Of a DNA stretch of 64,000 nucleotides, positions 27,017 through 37,705 are shown in pieces (within the stretch, counting starts at the first letter, position 1; each line of letters opens with the position of its first letter). The DNA is from an uncultured Gemmatimonadales bacterium. Lineage in GTDB: Bacteria > Gemmatimonadota > Gemmatimonadetes > Gemmatimonadales > GWC2-71-9. Location of the stretch: contig CAVYSW010000003.1 of NCBI GenBank assembly GCA_963771275.1, positions 1,312,001-1,376,000 of the forward strand. Direction: 5' to 3'. Below the pieces are notes generated by a model. That model saw nothing but the letters and a program-made list of their open reading frames with translations. It had not been told where the DNA came from and ran no database searches. The position numbers were made by a program, and so were the translations under genes.

Positions 27017-28942
27017 TCAGGTGATCTGCCGCAGCAGGCCACCCAGCTCGGCGGCGGACTGCACGCGATCCTCCGGCCGCTTGGCGAGCAGCCGGATGAT
27101 CAACGCCGACAGCGCGGGCGGCATGTCGGGGGTCAGGGCGATCGGCGCTTCGGGCTCCTGGCTCAGCACCTTGGCGATGAGCGAGACCGGGGAGCCGCCG
27201 TCGAACGGCAGCCGACCGGTGAGGCACTCGTACAGCACCACGCCCACCGCGTAGAGGTCGCTCCGGCCGTCGACCGGCTCGGACAGCAGCTGCTCCGGCG
27301 ACATGTAGGCCGGCGTCCCCACCACGAGGCCCGTCTCGGTGAGCGCGCTGGCCCGCTCGGCGAGGCGCGCGATGCCGAAGTCCATCACCTTGAGCACGCC
27401 GTCGGCGTCGAGCAGGAGGTTCTGCGGCTTGATGTCGCGGTGGATGACGCCCTGCTCGTGCGCCACGGCGAGGGAATCGGCGAGCTGCGTGGCGATCGCG
27501 AGGGCGGAGGGCGCGTGCAACGGCCCGCGCACGTCGATCAGGTCGCGCACCATGATGCCCTCGACGTACTCCATCGTGAGGTAGTACACGCCGCGCCACT
27601 CGCCGAAGTCGTGGGTCCGCACCACGTTGCGGTGCGAGATCCGGCGGGCCAGGCGGATCTCGCTCTTGAACCGCTCGATCAGGCTCTGATCGGTCATCAG
27701 CTCGGGCCGCAGCGTCTTGATGGCGACCTCCTCGTCCAGCTCCCGGTCGTAGGCGCGGTAGACGGTGCCCATGCCGCCTTTGCCCACCGTGGTGCGGATG
27801 TCGTAGCGCTCGGCGAAGCGACGGCCGACCTCGAGCGCGCCGCCGTCCAGCACGACCGGCATTTCCCGGGAATTGCGCGCGATCCCGATGTCCTCGCGCA
27901 GGTCCCGCAGTCGCGCGCGGAGCCGCTCCTCGCGCGCGTGCACCTCCGCCGCCATGCCGTCGAACACGCGCGCCAGCCGCCCCAGCGCGTCGTCCCGGCG
28001 GGCCATGTCGCCCAGCGCGCCCGCCCGGTAGCTCCCCTGCTCGACGGCGGTCGCCGCCTCGATCACCCGCCCGACCTGGCGGATGTACTCGAGCTCCTGG
28101 TCGTGCAGCCGCTTCTTCTCGAGCGAGGCGTTGATCCGGGCGCGCAGCAGCACCGGGTCGAACGGCTTCGTGAGAAAGTCCTCCGCGCCCCGCTCAATGC
28201 AGCGCACGATGCTCGCCATGTCGTCGAGCGCGGAGATCACGATCACGGGGATGTCGCGCGTGGCCGGCGAGTCCTTGAGACGTCCCAGCACTTCGTAGCC
28301 GTCGAGCTCCGGCATCATGACGTCGAGCAGGATGAGGTCGAACGGCTGCGCCGCGAGCAGCGCGAGGGCGCGGCGGCCGTCCTCCGCGCTCTGCGTGCGG
28401 TACCCCTCGCGCTCCAGCCGGCGCCCGAGGACGTCCCGGTTGCCCTCGTCGTCGTCCACGACCAGGATCCGGGCCGGGCCGGTGGACGGACGGGCGTCGG
28501 CGGCGGCGCCCGCGGCGGGTGCGACGGGCGTCGGCTGGGGGCGCGCGGGCACGAGCCGCGCGGCGGCCTGGAGGATCTTCCGCAGGTCCTGGGCGTACGT
28601 GTCGCCGGCGTCGTGGTCCGCCGCGGCGAGCAGCGCTTCCACGGTCCCGGTGATGCGCTGCTGCGGGGCGGCGAGCGACGTGAACAGGGCATCCGCGACG
28701 TCGGCGCCGAGCGTCGCCTGGGTGGACGGCAGGGCGCGGTTAATCAGCGCCAGGACCTCGCGCGCGGCGGCCAGGGTTTCGCCGAGAGCGCGGCGCCGGT
28801 CGGCCGCCTCCGGGCCGGCGGCGTCTTCCAGCAGCATCTCGGTGTACCCCACGATGTGATTCACGGGCGTGCGCAGCTCGTGGCGCAGCTCGCCCGCGAG
28901 CACCGGGGTCAGCGGACCGCGGAACGTGGCGAAGTCGGTCAC
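27017..28942 (-). CDS. DHp(HisKA)-REC-coiled coil-Ser/Thr kinase fusion protein
   Basis: HELRTPVNHIVGY with no HATPase domain; REC ILVVDD...DVMMP...KP; kinase GKGGMGTVY, HRDIKPQN, DFG, GTPAYMSPEQ. Confidence 0.9.
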   Translation of the reverse strand: MTDFATFRGPLTPVLAGELRHELRTPVNHIVGYTEMLLEDAAGPEAADRRRALGETLAAAREVLALINRALPSTQATLGADVADALFTSLAAPQQRITGTVEALLAAADHDAGDTYAQDLRKILQAAARLVPARPQPTPVAPAAGAAADARPSTGPARILVVDDDEGNRDVLGRRLEREGYRTQSAEDGRRALALLAAQPFDLILLDVMMPELDGYEVLGRLKDSPATRDIPVIVISALDDMASIVRCIERGAEDFLTKPFDPVLLRARINASLEKKRLHDQELEYIRQVGRVIEAATAVEQGSYRAGALGDMARRDDALGRLARVFDGMAAEVHAREERLRARLRDLREDIGIARNSREMPVVLDGGALEVGRRFAERYDIRTTVGKGGMGTVYRAYDRELDEEVAIKTLRPELMTDQSLIERFKSEIRLARRISHRNVVRTHDFGEWRGVYYLTMEYVEGIMVRDLIDVRGPLHAPSALAIATQLADSLAVAHEQGVIHRDIKPQNLLLDADGVLKVMDFGIARLAERASALTETGLVVGTPAYMSPEQLLSEPVDGRSDLYAVGVVLYECLTGRLPFDGGSPVSLIAKVLSQEPEAPIALTPDMPPALSALIIRLLAKRPEDRVQSAAELGGLLRQIT

Positions 28943-29310
28943 GCGTCGCGGGCCAGCAGCGTGTCGATCTTGGCCAGGAGGCGTGGCAGCTCGATCGGCT
29001 TGGTGTCGTAGTCGTCGCAGCCCGCGTCGATGGCCTTCTCGCGGTCCCCGGCCATGGCGTGGGCGGTGAGCGCGATGATCGGCACCCGCTGCGTCTCCGG
29101 CGCGTCGCGCAGCAGGCGCGTCGCCGCCCAGCCGTCGATCTCCGGCAGGCTCATGTCCATCAGGATGATGTCGTACGCGCCGGCCCGGGCCATCGCCACG
29201 CCCTCGCGGCCGTCCACCGCCATCGTCACGTCGTGGCCCTTGCGCTGCAGCCGCCGCGACAGCATGTCGCGGTTCATCTCGTTGTCCTCGACCAAGAGGA
29301 TCCTCGCCAT
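28939..29310 (-). CDS. Single-domain response regulator (DivK-like)
   Basis: ILLVEDNEMNRDML, DMSLP, LTAHAM, TKP. Confidence 0.92.
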   Translation of the reverse strand: MARILLVEDNEMNRDMLSRRLQRKGHDVTMAVDGREGVAMARAGAYDIILMDMSLPEIDGWAATRLLRDAPETQRVPIIALTAHAMAGDREKAIDAGCDDYDTKPIELPRLLAKIDTLLARDA

Positions 29311-29326
29311 CGTGCGCCTCCCGCGC

Positions 29327-31439
29327 TCAGCCCGTCGGGGATACGCGCGCCGGCAGGCGCACGGTGAAGCAGCATCCCTGGCCCGGCGTGCTCTCGACCT
29401 GCACGTCGCCCCCCATGAGGTTCGCGAACCGCTTGGTAATCGCCAGGCCGAGGCCGGTGCCTCCGTACTTGGCGGTGGTGGACGCCTCGGCCTGGGCGAA
29501 CGCCTCGAACAGCCGATCCATCTGCTCGGGAGTCATGCCGATGCCGGTGTCGCACACCGTGAACACGACGTGCACGGCGTCCCGCTCGACGGCGAGGGTG
29601 ATCGTGCCGCGCTCGGTGAACTTGCAGGCGTTGGACAGCAGATTGAGCAGAATCTGCCGCACCTTCGTGAGGTCCGCGTCCATGGTGCCCGGATCGGCGG
29701 GCCGCTCGACGTCGAGCCGGTTGGCCCGCTGCGCCACCAAGGGGCGGGCGGTCGTGACCACGTCGTCCAGCATCGGGCCGATCGCGAACGTCTCGACGTA
29801 GAGTTGCATCTTGCCCGCCTCGATCTTCGACAGGTCGAGGATGTCGTTGATCAGCGCCAGCAGGTGCCGGCCCGCCGTGTGGATCTTGGCGAGATCCTCG
29901 ATCAGCTGCGGCTGTCCCAGCTCGGCGACCTCCTCCTGGAGCATCTCGCTGTAGCCGATGATCGCGTTCAGCGGGGTGCGCAGCTCGTGGCTCATGCTGG
30001 CGAGGAACTGGCTCTTGGCGCTGTTGGCCGCCTCGGCGTCGCGCCGCGCGCGCAGCAGCTCCGTGATGTCGTGGTACAGGCCCATGAGGCCCACCCGCTC
30101 GCCGTCCACCATCACCGGCACGCCGAGCACCTCGACGTCCACCAGCGAGCCGTCCTTGCGCCGCCGCCGGCCGATGCCGTGCACCGCGCGGCCGAGCGCC
30201 TCGCGGGTGTAGCGCTCCGCCTCCTCGCGCGTCGCGTCGGTGGTGATCAGCTCGTCGAGGTTGCGGCCGACCGCGTCGGCCTGCGGGATAGCCGAACAGC
30301 CGCTCGAACGCCGGATTGCACTCGACCACGCGGTACTGCGGATTGAGCGTGACGATGGCCACGGGGCTGTTGCGCACCAGCTCGCCGAAGTACTGGCGCT
30401 GCCGCTGGGCCGCGGTGTAGAGCTGGGCGTTCTCGATCGCGATGGCCGCCTGCGGCGCGAACAGGTTGAGCAGGCGCAGGTCCTCCTGATCGAACACGCG
30501 GGCGGGGTCGGAGTGCACGGTGGCGATCGCGCCCACGAGGCGCCGGCCGATGAGCAGCGGCGCCGCCATCACCGAGTGCACCAGCACGTCGGCGTACTTG
30601 GCCGACTGGCCGAGCCACTCGTGGTATGACGGGATGATGAGCGGCTCCAGGGTCCGCGCCACCGTGCCCATCGCGCCCTCGCCGAGCCGGAGCCGCGTGC
30701 CGGTCGAGTCCTTGCCGATCCGCTCGCTCGCGACCACCACCAGCTCGCCGGTGTCCTCCTCGTAGATCGCGACCTCGCCGCCCGTCACGCCGAGCAGGGC
30801 CACCGCGCGCTCGATCACGGCCTGGAGCACGCGTGACAGCTCCAGCTCCGACGCCAGGTCGGCCATGGTGTCGAGCAGCGCCTTGTGCTCGTCGGCGCGC
30901 CGCCGCTCCTCGGCCAGCAGGCGCGCGCGCGCGACCGCGATGCCCGCCTGGTTGGCGGCGGCCTGGAGGATCTCGAAGTCCTCCTCGCCGAACGCGTTGG
31001 GCTCGGCGCTCTCCACCACGAGCACGCCGATCGTCTTCCCGTCCACCCGGAGCGGGACGTCCACTTCGGAGCCGCTCGCGAGGCTCGCGAGGTACTTCGA
31101 CTCGCGCCGCACGTCGGGGGTGTAGTGCAGCCGGCCGTCCTGCATCGCCTGGGCGCTCAGGCCTTCGCCGGGGTGCACCCGCATCGCAACCGGCGCGTCG
31201 GGCCAGCCGACGCTCGCCTGGAGCACGCGATCGCCCGTGGCGTCGTCGAGCAGGAACACGCCGAGGAAGTTGTAGCCGAGCGCTTCGTCGTGGAGCCCGG
31301 TGACCACGCTGCGGTACACCATGGCCTCGTCGTGGGCGGCCGCGATGCCGGTGCTGAGCCGGAGCAGGGCGGCCTGGCGCCGCGGGACGCTGCCGCCGAG
31401 CGAGCGCCGGCGCGCGCGAGCCTGCCCGCCCACGCCCAC
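29327..31439 (-). pseudogene. GAF-GAF-PAS histidine kinase with a +1 frameshift near 30286
   Basis: The 5' frame encodes GAF/GAF/PAS up to FGYP. Removing one G from GGG at 30285-30287 restores ...[18 protein letters not shown]... and joins it to the HisKA (SHELRTPLN) and HATPase (NACKFT, DTGIG, GTGLGL) frame. Confidence 0.85.
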
Positions 31440-34400
31440 TAGGCTCCGCGCCGCGCGCCGGCCCGCGCGGCCACGAGATCGCGGATCTCCGCCAGCAGCT
31501 CGTCCCCACCCTGGCCGCTCTTCCGCACGATGCGCTCCACGCCGCCGTTCAACCGCGTGAGGTCCTCGTCGGTCAGCTCCTTGGCCGTGAGCACGATCAC
31601 GGGGAGCCGCTTCAGATCGGCGCGGCGCCCCACCGTCTCGAGGAACTCGAACCCGTCCATCTCGGGCATCATCAGGTCGAGCAGCACGAGCTGCGGCCGG
31701 CGCTCGCCGAGGCGCGCGAGCGCGACCCGCCCGTTCTCCGCCTCGGCGACCGCCCAGCCGGCGCGCTCGAGCGTGCGGCGCAGCATGTCCCGCGTGGCCG
31801 GATCGTCCTCGACGATCAGCACGCCGTCGCCCTGCGCGCGCGCCGCGCACGCTTCGACCGCCGCGACCAGCCGCGCCCGGTCGACCGGCTTGGTGAGATA
31901 CTGCGAGGCCCCGAGCGCGAAGCCGAGCGTCTTCTCGTCGAGGATCGAGAGCATGATGACCGGGATGTCGGCGAGCGCCGCGTCGGCCTTGAGCGCCGAC
32001 AGCACCGTCCAGCCGTCCTGACCCGGCATCAACACGTCCAGCGTGATCACGTCGGGACGCCCCTCCCGCGCGCGGGCCAGACCGCTCTGGCCGTCGGACG
32101 CTTCCTCGACCCGGTAGCCGGCCCTGACGAGGTGCCGGGTCACCAGCGTGCGGGCGGTGGCGTCGTCGTCGATCACGAGGACCGTCCCGGCGGTCGGCGC
32201 GGGCGAGGCGGCCGGGGGCGGCGCCGGCGCGGCGCGCCCCGTCGCCGCCAACACGGCGGGCACGTGGGCCGTGAACGTCGATCCCCGACCCGGCACGCTC
32301 TCGACCGCGATGTCACCGCCCATCATGCGGCAGAACCGCCGGCTGATCGTAAGCCCCAGCCCGGTGCCGCCGAACCGCCGCGCGGTGGATGCCTCGGCCT
32401 GCGTGAACGCCTCGAACAGCCGCGCGAGCTGGTCGGGCGTCATCCCGATGCCGCTGTCCTCGACCGCGAAGGCCACGGTCTCGCCCGCCGCGCCGTCCCG
32501 GCGCACCCGCAGCGTGATCGTCCCCGCCTCGGTGAACTTGCTCGCGTTGGACAGCAGATTGAGCAGCACCTGCCGTACCCGGGTGAGGTCGGTGTGCATC
32601 GCCCCCGGCTCGCCGGGACAGTCCAGCACCAGCGTGTTGCGGTTCTTGGCGACGAGCGGCTGCACCGTGGCCAGCACGTCGTCCAGCATCGGGCGCACCG
32701 CGAACGTCTCGGGGAAGAGCTCCATCTTGCCGGCCTCGATCTTCGAGAGATCGAGCACGTCGTTGATCAGCGACAGCAGGTGCCGGCCGGCCGCGTGGAT
32801 CTTCTGGAGATCGGGCAGCAGCGCATCGTCCCCGCGCTCCGTCACCTCTTCCTCGAGCATCTCGCTGTAGCCGATGATCGCGTTCAGCGGGGTGCGCAGC
32901 TCGTGGCTCATGCTGGCGAGGAACCGGCTCTTCGCGCTGTTGGCCGCCTCCGCGTCGCGCCGCGTCCGCAGCAGCTCGGTGACGTCGTGATACAGCCCCA
33001 TCATCCCGACGCGCTGCCCCTTCACGATCACCGGCACCGCCAGGACCTCCACGTCCACCAGGCTGCCGTCGCGCCGCTTCCGCTGTCCGATCCCGGAGAC
33101 GGCATGCTCCCCGGCGGCGCGGGTGTACCCCACGGCCTGGGCGCGGCTCTCGGGCGTGGTGATGAGGTCGTCGAGATTGCGGCCGGCGACCTCGGCGGCG
33201 GTGTAGCCGTAGAGTTGCTCGAACGCGGGATTGCAGGAAACCACGTTGTGATGCGGGTCGAGCGTCACGATCGCCACCGGGCTGTTGCGCACCAGCTCCT
33301 CGAAGTACTGGCGCTGCTCCTCCGCGGCGGTGAACAACCGGGCGTTCTCGATCGCGATCGCGGCGGGCGGCGCGAACAGGTTGAGCAGGCGGAGATCGGA
33401 CTCGCCGAACACCCGCGTGGGGTCGTCGGTCCAGATGCTGAACGTGCCCACGAGCCGCTGGCCGACCAGCATGGGGGCGACGATCAGGCTGCGCACCGCG
33501 ACGTCGGCATACCGGGCCGACCGGCCGGACCAGGCCCGATAGTCCGAGATGATGAGCGGCTCTTTCGTCTGGGCCGCGCGGCCCATGGCGCCTTCGCCCA
33601 TCGCCACGCGGGTGCCGGGCGGGAGACCGTCCACCGCGCGCGTCGCGACGATGACCAGCTCGTCCCGCGCGCGATCGACGATCGCCAGCTCGCCCGCCGT
33701 GGCGCCGAGCAGCGAGATCGCGCGGTCGAGCACGGCGTCGAGCAGGGCCGACAGCTCGAGCTCGGCCGACAGGGACGTGAGCGTGGCGATCAGGGCCGCC
33801 TGCTCATCCGCCCGGCGGCGCTCGCTCGCGAGCAGCTGACGCTGGGTCGCCTCCAGCCGGGCCCGGCCCAGCGCGATGCTGGCCTGGTTGGCGGCCGCCG
33901 TGAGGATCTCGAGATCCTCGGGGGCGAAGGCGTTGGGGCGCTCGCTCTCCACCACCAGCACGCCGCCCGGCTCGTCGTCGATCACCAACGGCACGTCCAC
34001 CTCGGAGCCGGAGCTGAGCCCCGGGATGTACCCCGGCTCCCGCGTGACGTCGGCCGTATAGTGCAGCTTCCCGTCGGCCAGCGGACGGGCGCTCAGCCCC
34101 TGGCCGTGCGGAAGCCGCAGGTCGGGCGGGATGTCGGTCCATCCCACGCCGGCGCGCATCACCCGGTCGCCGGTCGCCCCGTCCACCAGGAACACGCCGA
34201 CGAAGTCGTAGCCCAGGGCGGGATCCCGCAGACCCTCGACGACGGCACGGCAGATCGCCCCCTCGCCCGGGGCGGCCGCGATGCCGGTGCTGAGCCGGAG
34301 CAGGGCGGACTGGCGATGGGCGAGCGCCGAAAACGCCCCGTCGCCCTGGGGGGCGGCGGGGGGACTGGGGATGTGGTGGTGGGCCGTTGGCTGGGTCTGG

Positions 34401-34480
34401 TCACCGCAGCCGAACGATACGGCCGGTCGGGCGCCGAGGCTAGGGTACACGACTAAACAACTCGGTTTAGGATCCTTCAT
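31439..34480 (-). CDS. Hybrid histidine kinase GAF-GAF-PAS-HisKA-HATPase-REC-REC (start uncertain)
   Basis: [26 protein letters not shown], two REC domains; no TM helices. Confidence 0.9.
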   Translation of the reverse strand: MKDPKPSCLVVYPSLGARPAVSFGCGDQTQPTAHHHIPSPPAAPQGDGAFSALAHRQSALLRLSTGIAAAPGEGAICRAVVEGLRDPALGYDFVGVFLVDGATGDRVMRAGVGWTDIPPDLRLPHGQGLSARPLADGKLHYTADVTREPGYIPGLSSGSEVDVPLVIDDEPGGVLVVESERPNAFAPEDLEILTAAANQASIALGRARLEATQRQLLASERRRADEQAALIATLTSLSAELELSALLDAVLDRAISLLGATAGELAIVDRARDELVIVATRAVDGLPPGTRVAMGEGAMGRAAQTKEPLIISDYRAWSGRSARYADVAVRSLIVAPMLVGQRLVGTFSIWTDDPTRVFGESDLRLLNLFAPPAAIAIENARLFTAAEEQRQYFEELVRNSPVAIVTLDPHHNVVSCNPAFEQLYGYTAAEVAGRNLDDLITTPESRAQAVGYTRAAGEHAVSGIGQRKRRDGSLVDVEVLAVPVIVKGQRVGMMGLYHDVTELLRTRRDAEAANSAKSRFLASMSHELRTPLNAIIGYSEMLEEEVTERGDDALLPDLQKIHAAGRHLLSLINDVLDLSKIEAGKMELFPETFAVRPMLDDVLATVQPLVAKNRNTLVLDCPGEPGAMHTDLTRVRQVLLNLLSNASKFTEAGTITLRVRRDGAAGETVAFAVEDSGIGMTPDQLARLFEAFTQAEASTARRFGGTGLGLTISRRFCRMMGGDIAVESVPGRGSTFTAHVPAVLAATGRAAPAPPPAASPAPTAGTVLVIDDDATARTLVTRHLVRAGYRVEEASDGQSGLARAREGRPDVITLDVLMPGQDGWTVLSALKADAALADIPVIMLSILDEKTLGFALGASQYLTKPVDRARLVAAVEACAARAQGDGVLIVEDDPATRDMLRRTLERAGWAVAEAENGRVALARLGERRPQLVLLDLMMPEMDGFEFLETVGRRADLKRLPVIVLTAKELTDEDLTRLNGGVERIVRKSGQGGDELLAEIRDLVAARAGARRGA

Positions 34481-34569
34481 TGGGAGGTGCAGGTCTCCTA
34501 TACCGCGCCCTGTAGATTTCGTAAGGAAGGGGCAATCGGCCAGGTCCGGGTCGTGACGAGGAGCCGAGC

Positions 34570-35076
34570 ATGCCCAATGCCGGGTTGCTTCATCAAACCG
34601 AAGATCCGCTGATCTCGATCGGCGTCCTGGCGGCGCAGGTTGGCCTGTCCGTCTCGTCCGTGCGGAAGTACGAGAACGAAGGCCTCATCATCGCCCACCG
34701 GACCGAATCCGGACGTCGCCTGTTCTCCAACGAAGACATCGTCCGGGTGCGCAACATCCGGCACATGATCCGGGACCTCGGGCTCAATATCGCGGGCATC
34801 CGCAGGATGCAGGCGCTGCTGCCATGTTGGGAGCTGCTGCCGTGCAGCGCGGAGATTCAGGAGCAGTGCCCGGCCTACCGGAACACCACGCAGCCCTGCT
34901 GGACGATCAAGGGACACAAGTGTGCCTCCCTGGGAAACTCCTGCCGGCAGTGCCTGGTGTACTGTTTCGGGTCGCTGTGCACCGAACAGACCAAGAGCCT
35001 GGTGTACCGGCAGCCGGACGCATCCGGGGCGACGGCGGCCGCCAGGGGGCTCATCGACGGCAAGGGAAGGTCGTGA
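34570..35076 (+). CDS. MerR/HspR-like regulator with Cys-rich 'CW...CW' C-terminal domain
   Basis: ISIGVLA...[11 protein letters not shown]...RT..GRRLFS; 9 Cys including PCW...CPAY...PCW...CRQC. Confidence 0.85.
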   Translation: MPNAGLLHQTEDPLISIGVLAAQVGLSVSSVRKYENEGLIIAHRTESGRRLFSNEDIVRVRNIRHMIRDLGLNIAGIRRMQALLPCWELLPCSAEIQEQCPAYRNTTQPCWTIKGHKCASLGNSCRQCLVYCFGSLCTEQTKSLVYRQPDASGATAAARGLIDGKGRS

Positions 35077-36030
35077 ATGGTGGAAGCGATGCTACTCGTT
35101 CTGTCATACGCCTCGGTGGCGGTGTTCGTCGCGGCGATCGTCGTCCGGGCCGTGCGCATCGCCCGCCTCCCGCTGCACCTGCGATGGGAGCTGTATCCCG
35201 TGGCCCACGAGAAGGGCCGCGCCCGCTACGGGGGCTCCTACCTCGAAGAGCTGGACTGGTGGACGAAGCCGCGCCGGTCGTCACTCCTCGGAGAGCTGCG
35301 CGTGATGCTGGCGGAGATCGTGCTGCTGGCCGGTGTCTGGGAGCACAACCGCAGGCAGTGGCTCCGTTCGTTCCCATTTCATTTCGGCCTGTATCTGCTC
35401 GCGGGGCTGATCGCACTGCTGCTGGCGGGCGGCATTACGCTCGCCGCCGGGGGGGGCGTGGCGCTTGGTGATGGCTGGTGGGGGCGGATGCTCTATGGGC
35501 TCACACCCATCGTGGGCTATGCGGGGCTGGGACTGGCGTTGATCGGCGCGCTGGCGCTGCTGATCAGGCGGAGCGTCGAGCCCGACTACCGGGAGTACAC
35601 CAAGAAGGCGGACTACTTCAACCTGGCCTTCTTCGTTGCGGCGCTCGGCGTCGCCCTCGTTGCCCACGCCGTGGGGGACCCGCAGTTCGCGGCCCTGAGG
35701 AGCTACTTCGCGCGGCTGGTGACGTTCGACGTCGCCGCGCGGGGCGCGGGGGCGTCGCTGACCGGGTTGAGCGCCGTGGAGGTGGTGCTCGGCAGCCTGC
35801 TGCTGGCCTACATCCCGCTGACCCACATGGCCCACTTCTTCACCAAGTGGTTCATGTACCACGACATCCGGTGGAGCGACGAGCCCAACCTCCGGGGTAG
35901 CAAGATCGAGCGTCAGGTGACGGCGGCGCTCCACTACCCCGTGAGCTGGGCTGCGCCCCACATTCGCGGCGATGGGCACAAGACCTGGCTCGATGTGGCC
36001 ACGTCGAGTGTCGAGGAGAAGCAGCCATGA
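35077..36030 (+). CDS. dsrM: DsrM-like (NarI/HdrE family) membrane cytochrome b, second copy
   Basis: HLRWELYPV, FPFHFG, YIPLTHMAHF; multi-TM; coupled to the dsrK-like gene. Confidence 0.8.
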   Translation: MVEAMLLVLSYASVAVFVAAIVVRAVRIARLPLHLRWELYPVAHEKGRARYGGSYLEELDWWTKPRRSSLLGELRVMLAEIVLLAGVWEHNRRQWLRSFPFHFGLYLLAGLIALLLAGGITLAAGGGVALGDGWWGRMLYGLTPIVGYAGLGLALIGALALLIRRSVEPDYREYTKKADYFNLAFFVAALGVALVAHAVGDPQFAALRSYFARLVTFDVAARGAGASLTGLSAVEVVLGSLLLAYIPLTHMAHFFTKWFMYHDIRWSDEPNLRGSKIERQVTAALHYPVSWAAPHIRGDGHKTWLDVATSSVEEKQP

Positions 36031-37640
36031 CGCACAAGCGCGTTGCCGTCGAGGACATCTCCCGGCCGTCGCCGAAGCTCACCGAGCTGCGCAAGGAGGA
36101 CTTCAAGCCGCTGCCGGCGCCATTCGACACGCCGGACTCCACGCCCGCGTTCGCTCCGCTGAGCGAGAAGGCCAGGGAGCGGTACGAGGCGTCGCTCGAC
36201 GACACGATCGCCCTGAGCCTGCCCAAGCCCAAGAGCAAGGCGGAGGAGGACGCGCTGGTCGCGAAGTTCCTCGCCGGCCTGCAGAAGCTGTTCACGAAGG
36301 AGAACAACTGGACCTTCCTGCAGCCGCTGCTGCTCTCGATGGACCATTGCGCGACCTGTCACACGTGCTCCGACGCGTGCCACATCTACGAGGCCAGCGG
36401 CCGCAACCCCGTCTACCGGCCGGCCTACCGGTCCGAGGTGTTCCGCCGGCTCTACAAGAAGTACGTGAAGTCCAACGGGCATGGGATGCTGGGCGCCTGG
36501 CGGAACGGCGACATCGAGCTCAACTGGACCACGGTTGCCCGCCTCGGGGAGCTAGCCTACCGCTGCAACCTCTGCCGGCGCTGCGCCCAGACCTGCCCGA
36601 TCGGCGTGGACAACGCGCTGATCGCGCACGAGATCCGCAAGATCTTCAGCCAGGAAATGGGCATCGCGCCGCGCGAGATCCACGACAATGGCTCGATGCT
36701 GCAGCTCCGGGTCGGCTCGTCGACGGGCATGAACCAGGCCGTCGTCAGGGACAACGTCGCGTTCATCGATGACGACGTCTCGGAGAAGACGGGCCTGACG
36801 ATCGCGACGCCGTGGGACAAGGCGGGTGCCGACATCCTGCTGATCCACAACGCCGGCGAGATCATGTCCTGGCCGATGAACCCCGGGGCGTTCGCCGTGA
36901 TCTTCGAGTCGGCCGGTCTCAACTGGACCATGTCGAGCGAGATCGCGGGCTACGACAGCATCAACTACGGGGTGTGGTACGACGATTTCCAACTGGCCCG
37001 CGTCGCGGTCAAGCACGCGCAGATCGCCAAGCAGCTCGGCGTCAAGAAGATCGTGCTGGGTGAGTGCGGCCACGCCCACAAGGCGCTCACCGTGATCGCG
37101 GACCGGGTGCTCACGGGTGAGCTGAACATCCCGCGCGAGAGCTGCATGGTGACGTTGGAGAACCTGGTCTCCTCCGGACGGATCAAGGTGGATCCGTCGC
37201 GCAACGATTTCCCCGTCACGCTGCACGATCCGTGCAACCTGGTGCGGTTGATGGGGATCGTCGAGCCGCAGCGCCGGGTGCTGCGGCACATCGCGCCCCG
37301 GTTCCGCGAGATGACGCCGCACGGGGTGGAGAACTACTGCTGCGGCGGCGGCAGCGGCTTCGCCATCATGTCGGGGCACAACTTCGGCGACTGGCGGGCG
37401 CAAATAGCCGGGCGGAAGAAGCTGGAGCAGATCCTCAACGCGTTCAAGGATGAGCTCGACCCGTCGATCCACAAGTACGTGTGCGCGCCCTGCTCGAACT
37501 GCAAGGGCCAGCTGCGGGATCTGTTCAACTACTACGACCTGTGGGAAAAGCACTCGATCATGTACGACGGGCTGGTCGAGCTGATCGTGAACTGCATGAC
37601 GGACGTGAAGCCCGGCTTCATCGAGTGGGAAATGCACTAG
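36027..37640 (+). CDS. dsrK: DsrK-like (HdrD family) Fe-S oxidoreductase, second copy
   Basis: CATCHTCSDAC, CNLCRRCAQTC, GECGH, HDPC, CCGGG, CSNC. Confidence 0.8.
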   Translation: MTHKRVAVEDISRPSPKLTELRKEDFKPLPAPFDTPDSTPAFAPLSEKARERYEASLDDTIALSLPKPKSKAEEDALVAKFLAGLQKLFTKENNWTFLQPLLLSMDHCATCHTCSDACHIYEASGRNPVYRPAYRSEVFRRLYKKYVKSNGHGMLGAWRNGDIELNWTTVARLGELAYRCNLCRRCAQTCPIGVDNALIAHEIRKIFSQEMGIAPREIHDNGSMLQLRVGSSTGMNQAVVRDNVAFIDDDVSEKTGLTIATPWDKAGADILLIHNAGEIMSWPMNPGAFAVIFESAGLNWTMSSEIAGYDSINYGVWYDDFQLARVAVKHAQIAKQLGVKKIVLGECGHAHKALTVIADRVLTGELNIPRESCMVTLENLVSSGRIKVDPSRNDFPVTLHDPCNLVRLMGIVEPQRRVLRHIAPRFREMTPHGVENYCCGGGSGFAIMSGHNFGDWRAQIAGRKKLEQILNAFKDELDPSIHKYVCAPCSNCKGQLRDLFNYYDLWEKHSIMYDGLVELIVNCMTDVKPGFIEWEMH

Positions 37641-37705
37641 CGGGCGCAGGAGCACGGTCGTCCGCGAACGCCCCGCCCGGCGCTGCCGAGCGGGGCGTGT
37701 CTGCG

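Noticed and set aside
29274..31850. 858-aa ORF as a single real protein
   Set aside because: Only its middle (GAF-GAF-PAS) is coding; the flanks are off-frame readings of the neighbouring gene and of the post-frameshift region.
35077..36030. Nitrate reductase gamma subunit (narI)
   Set aside because: No narGHJ; it is coupled to an HdrD/DsrK-type gene.
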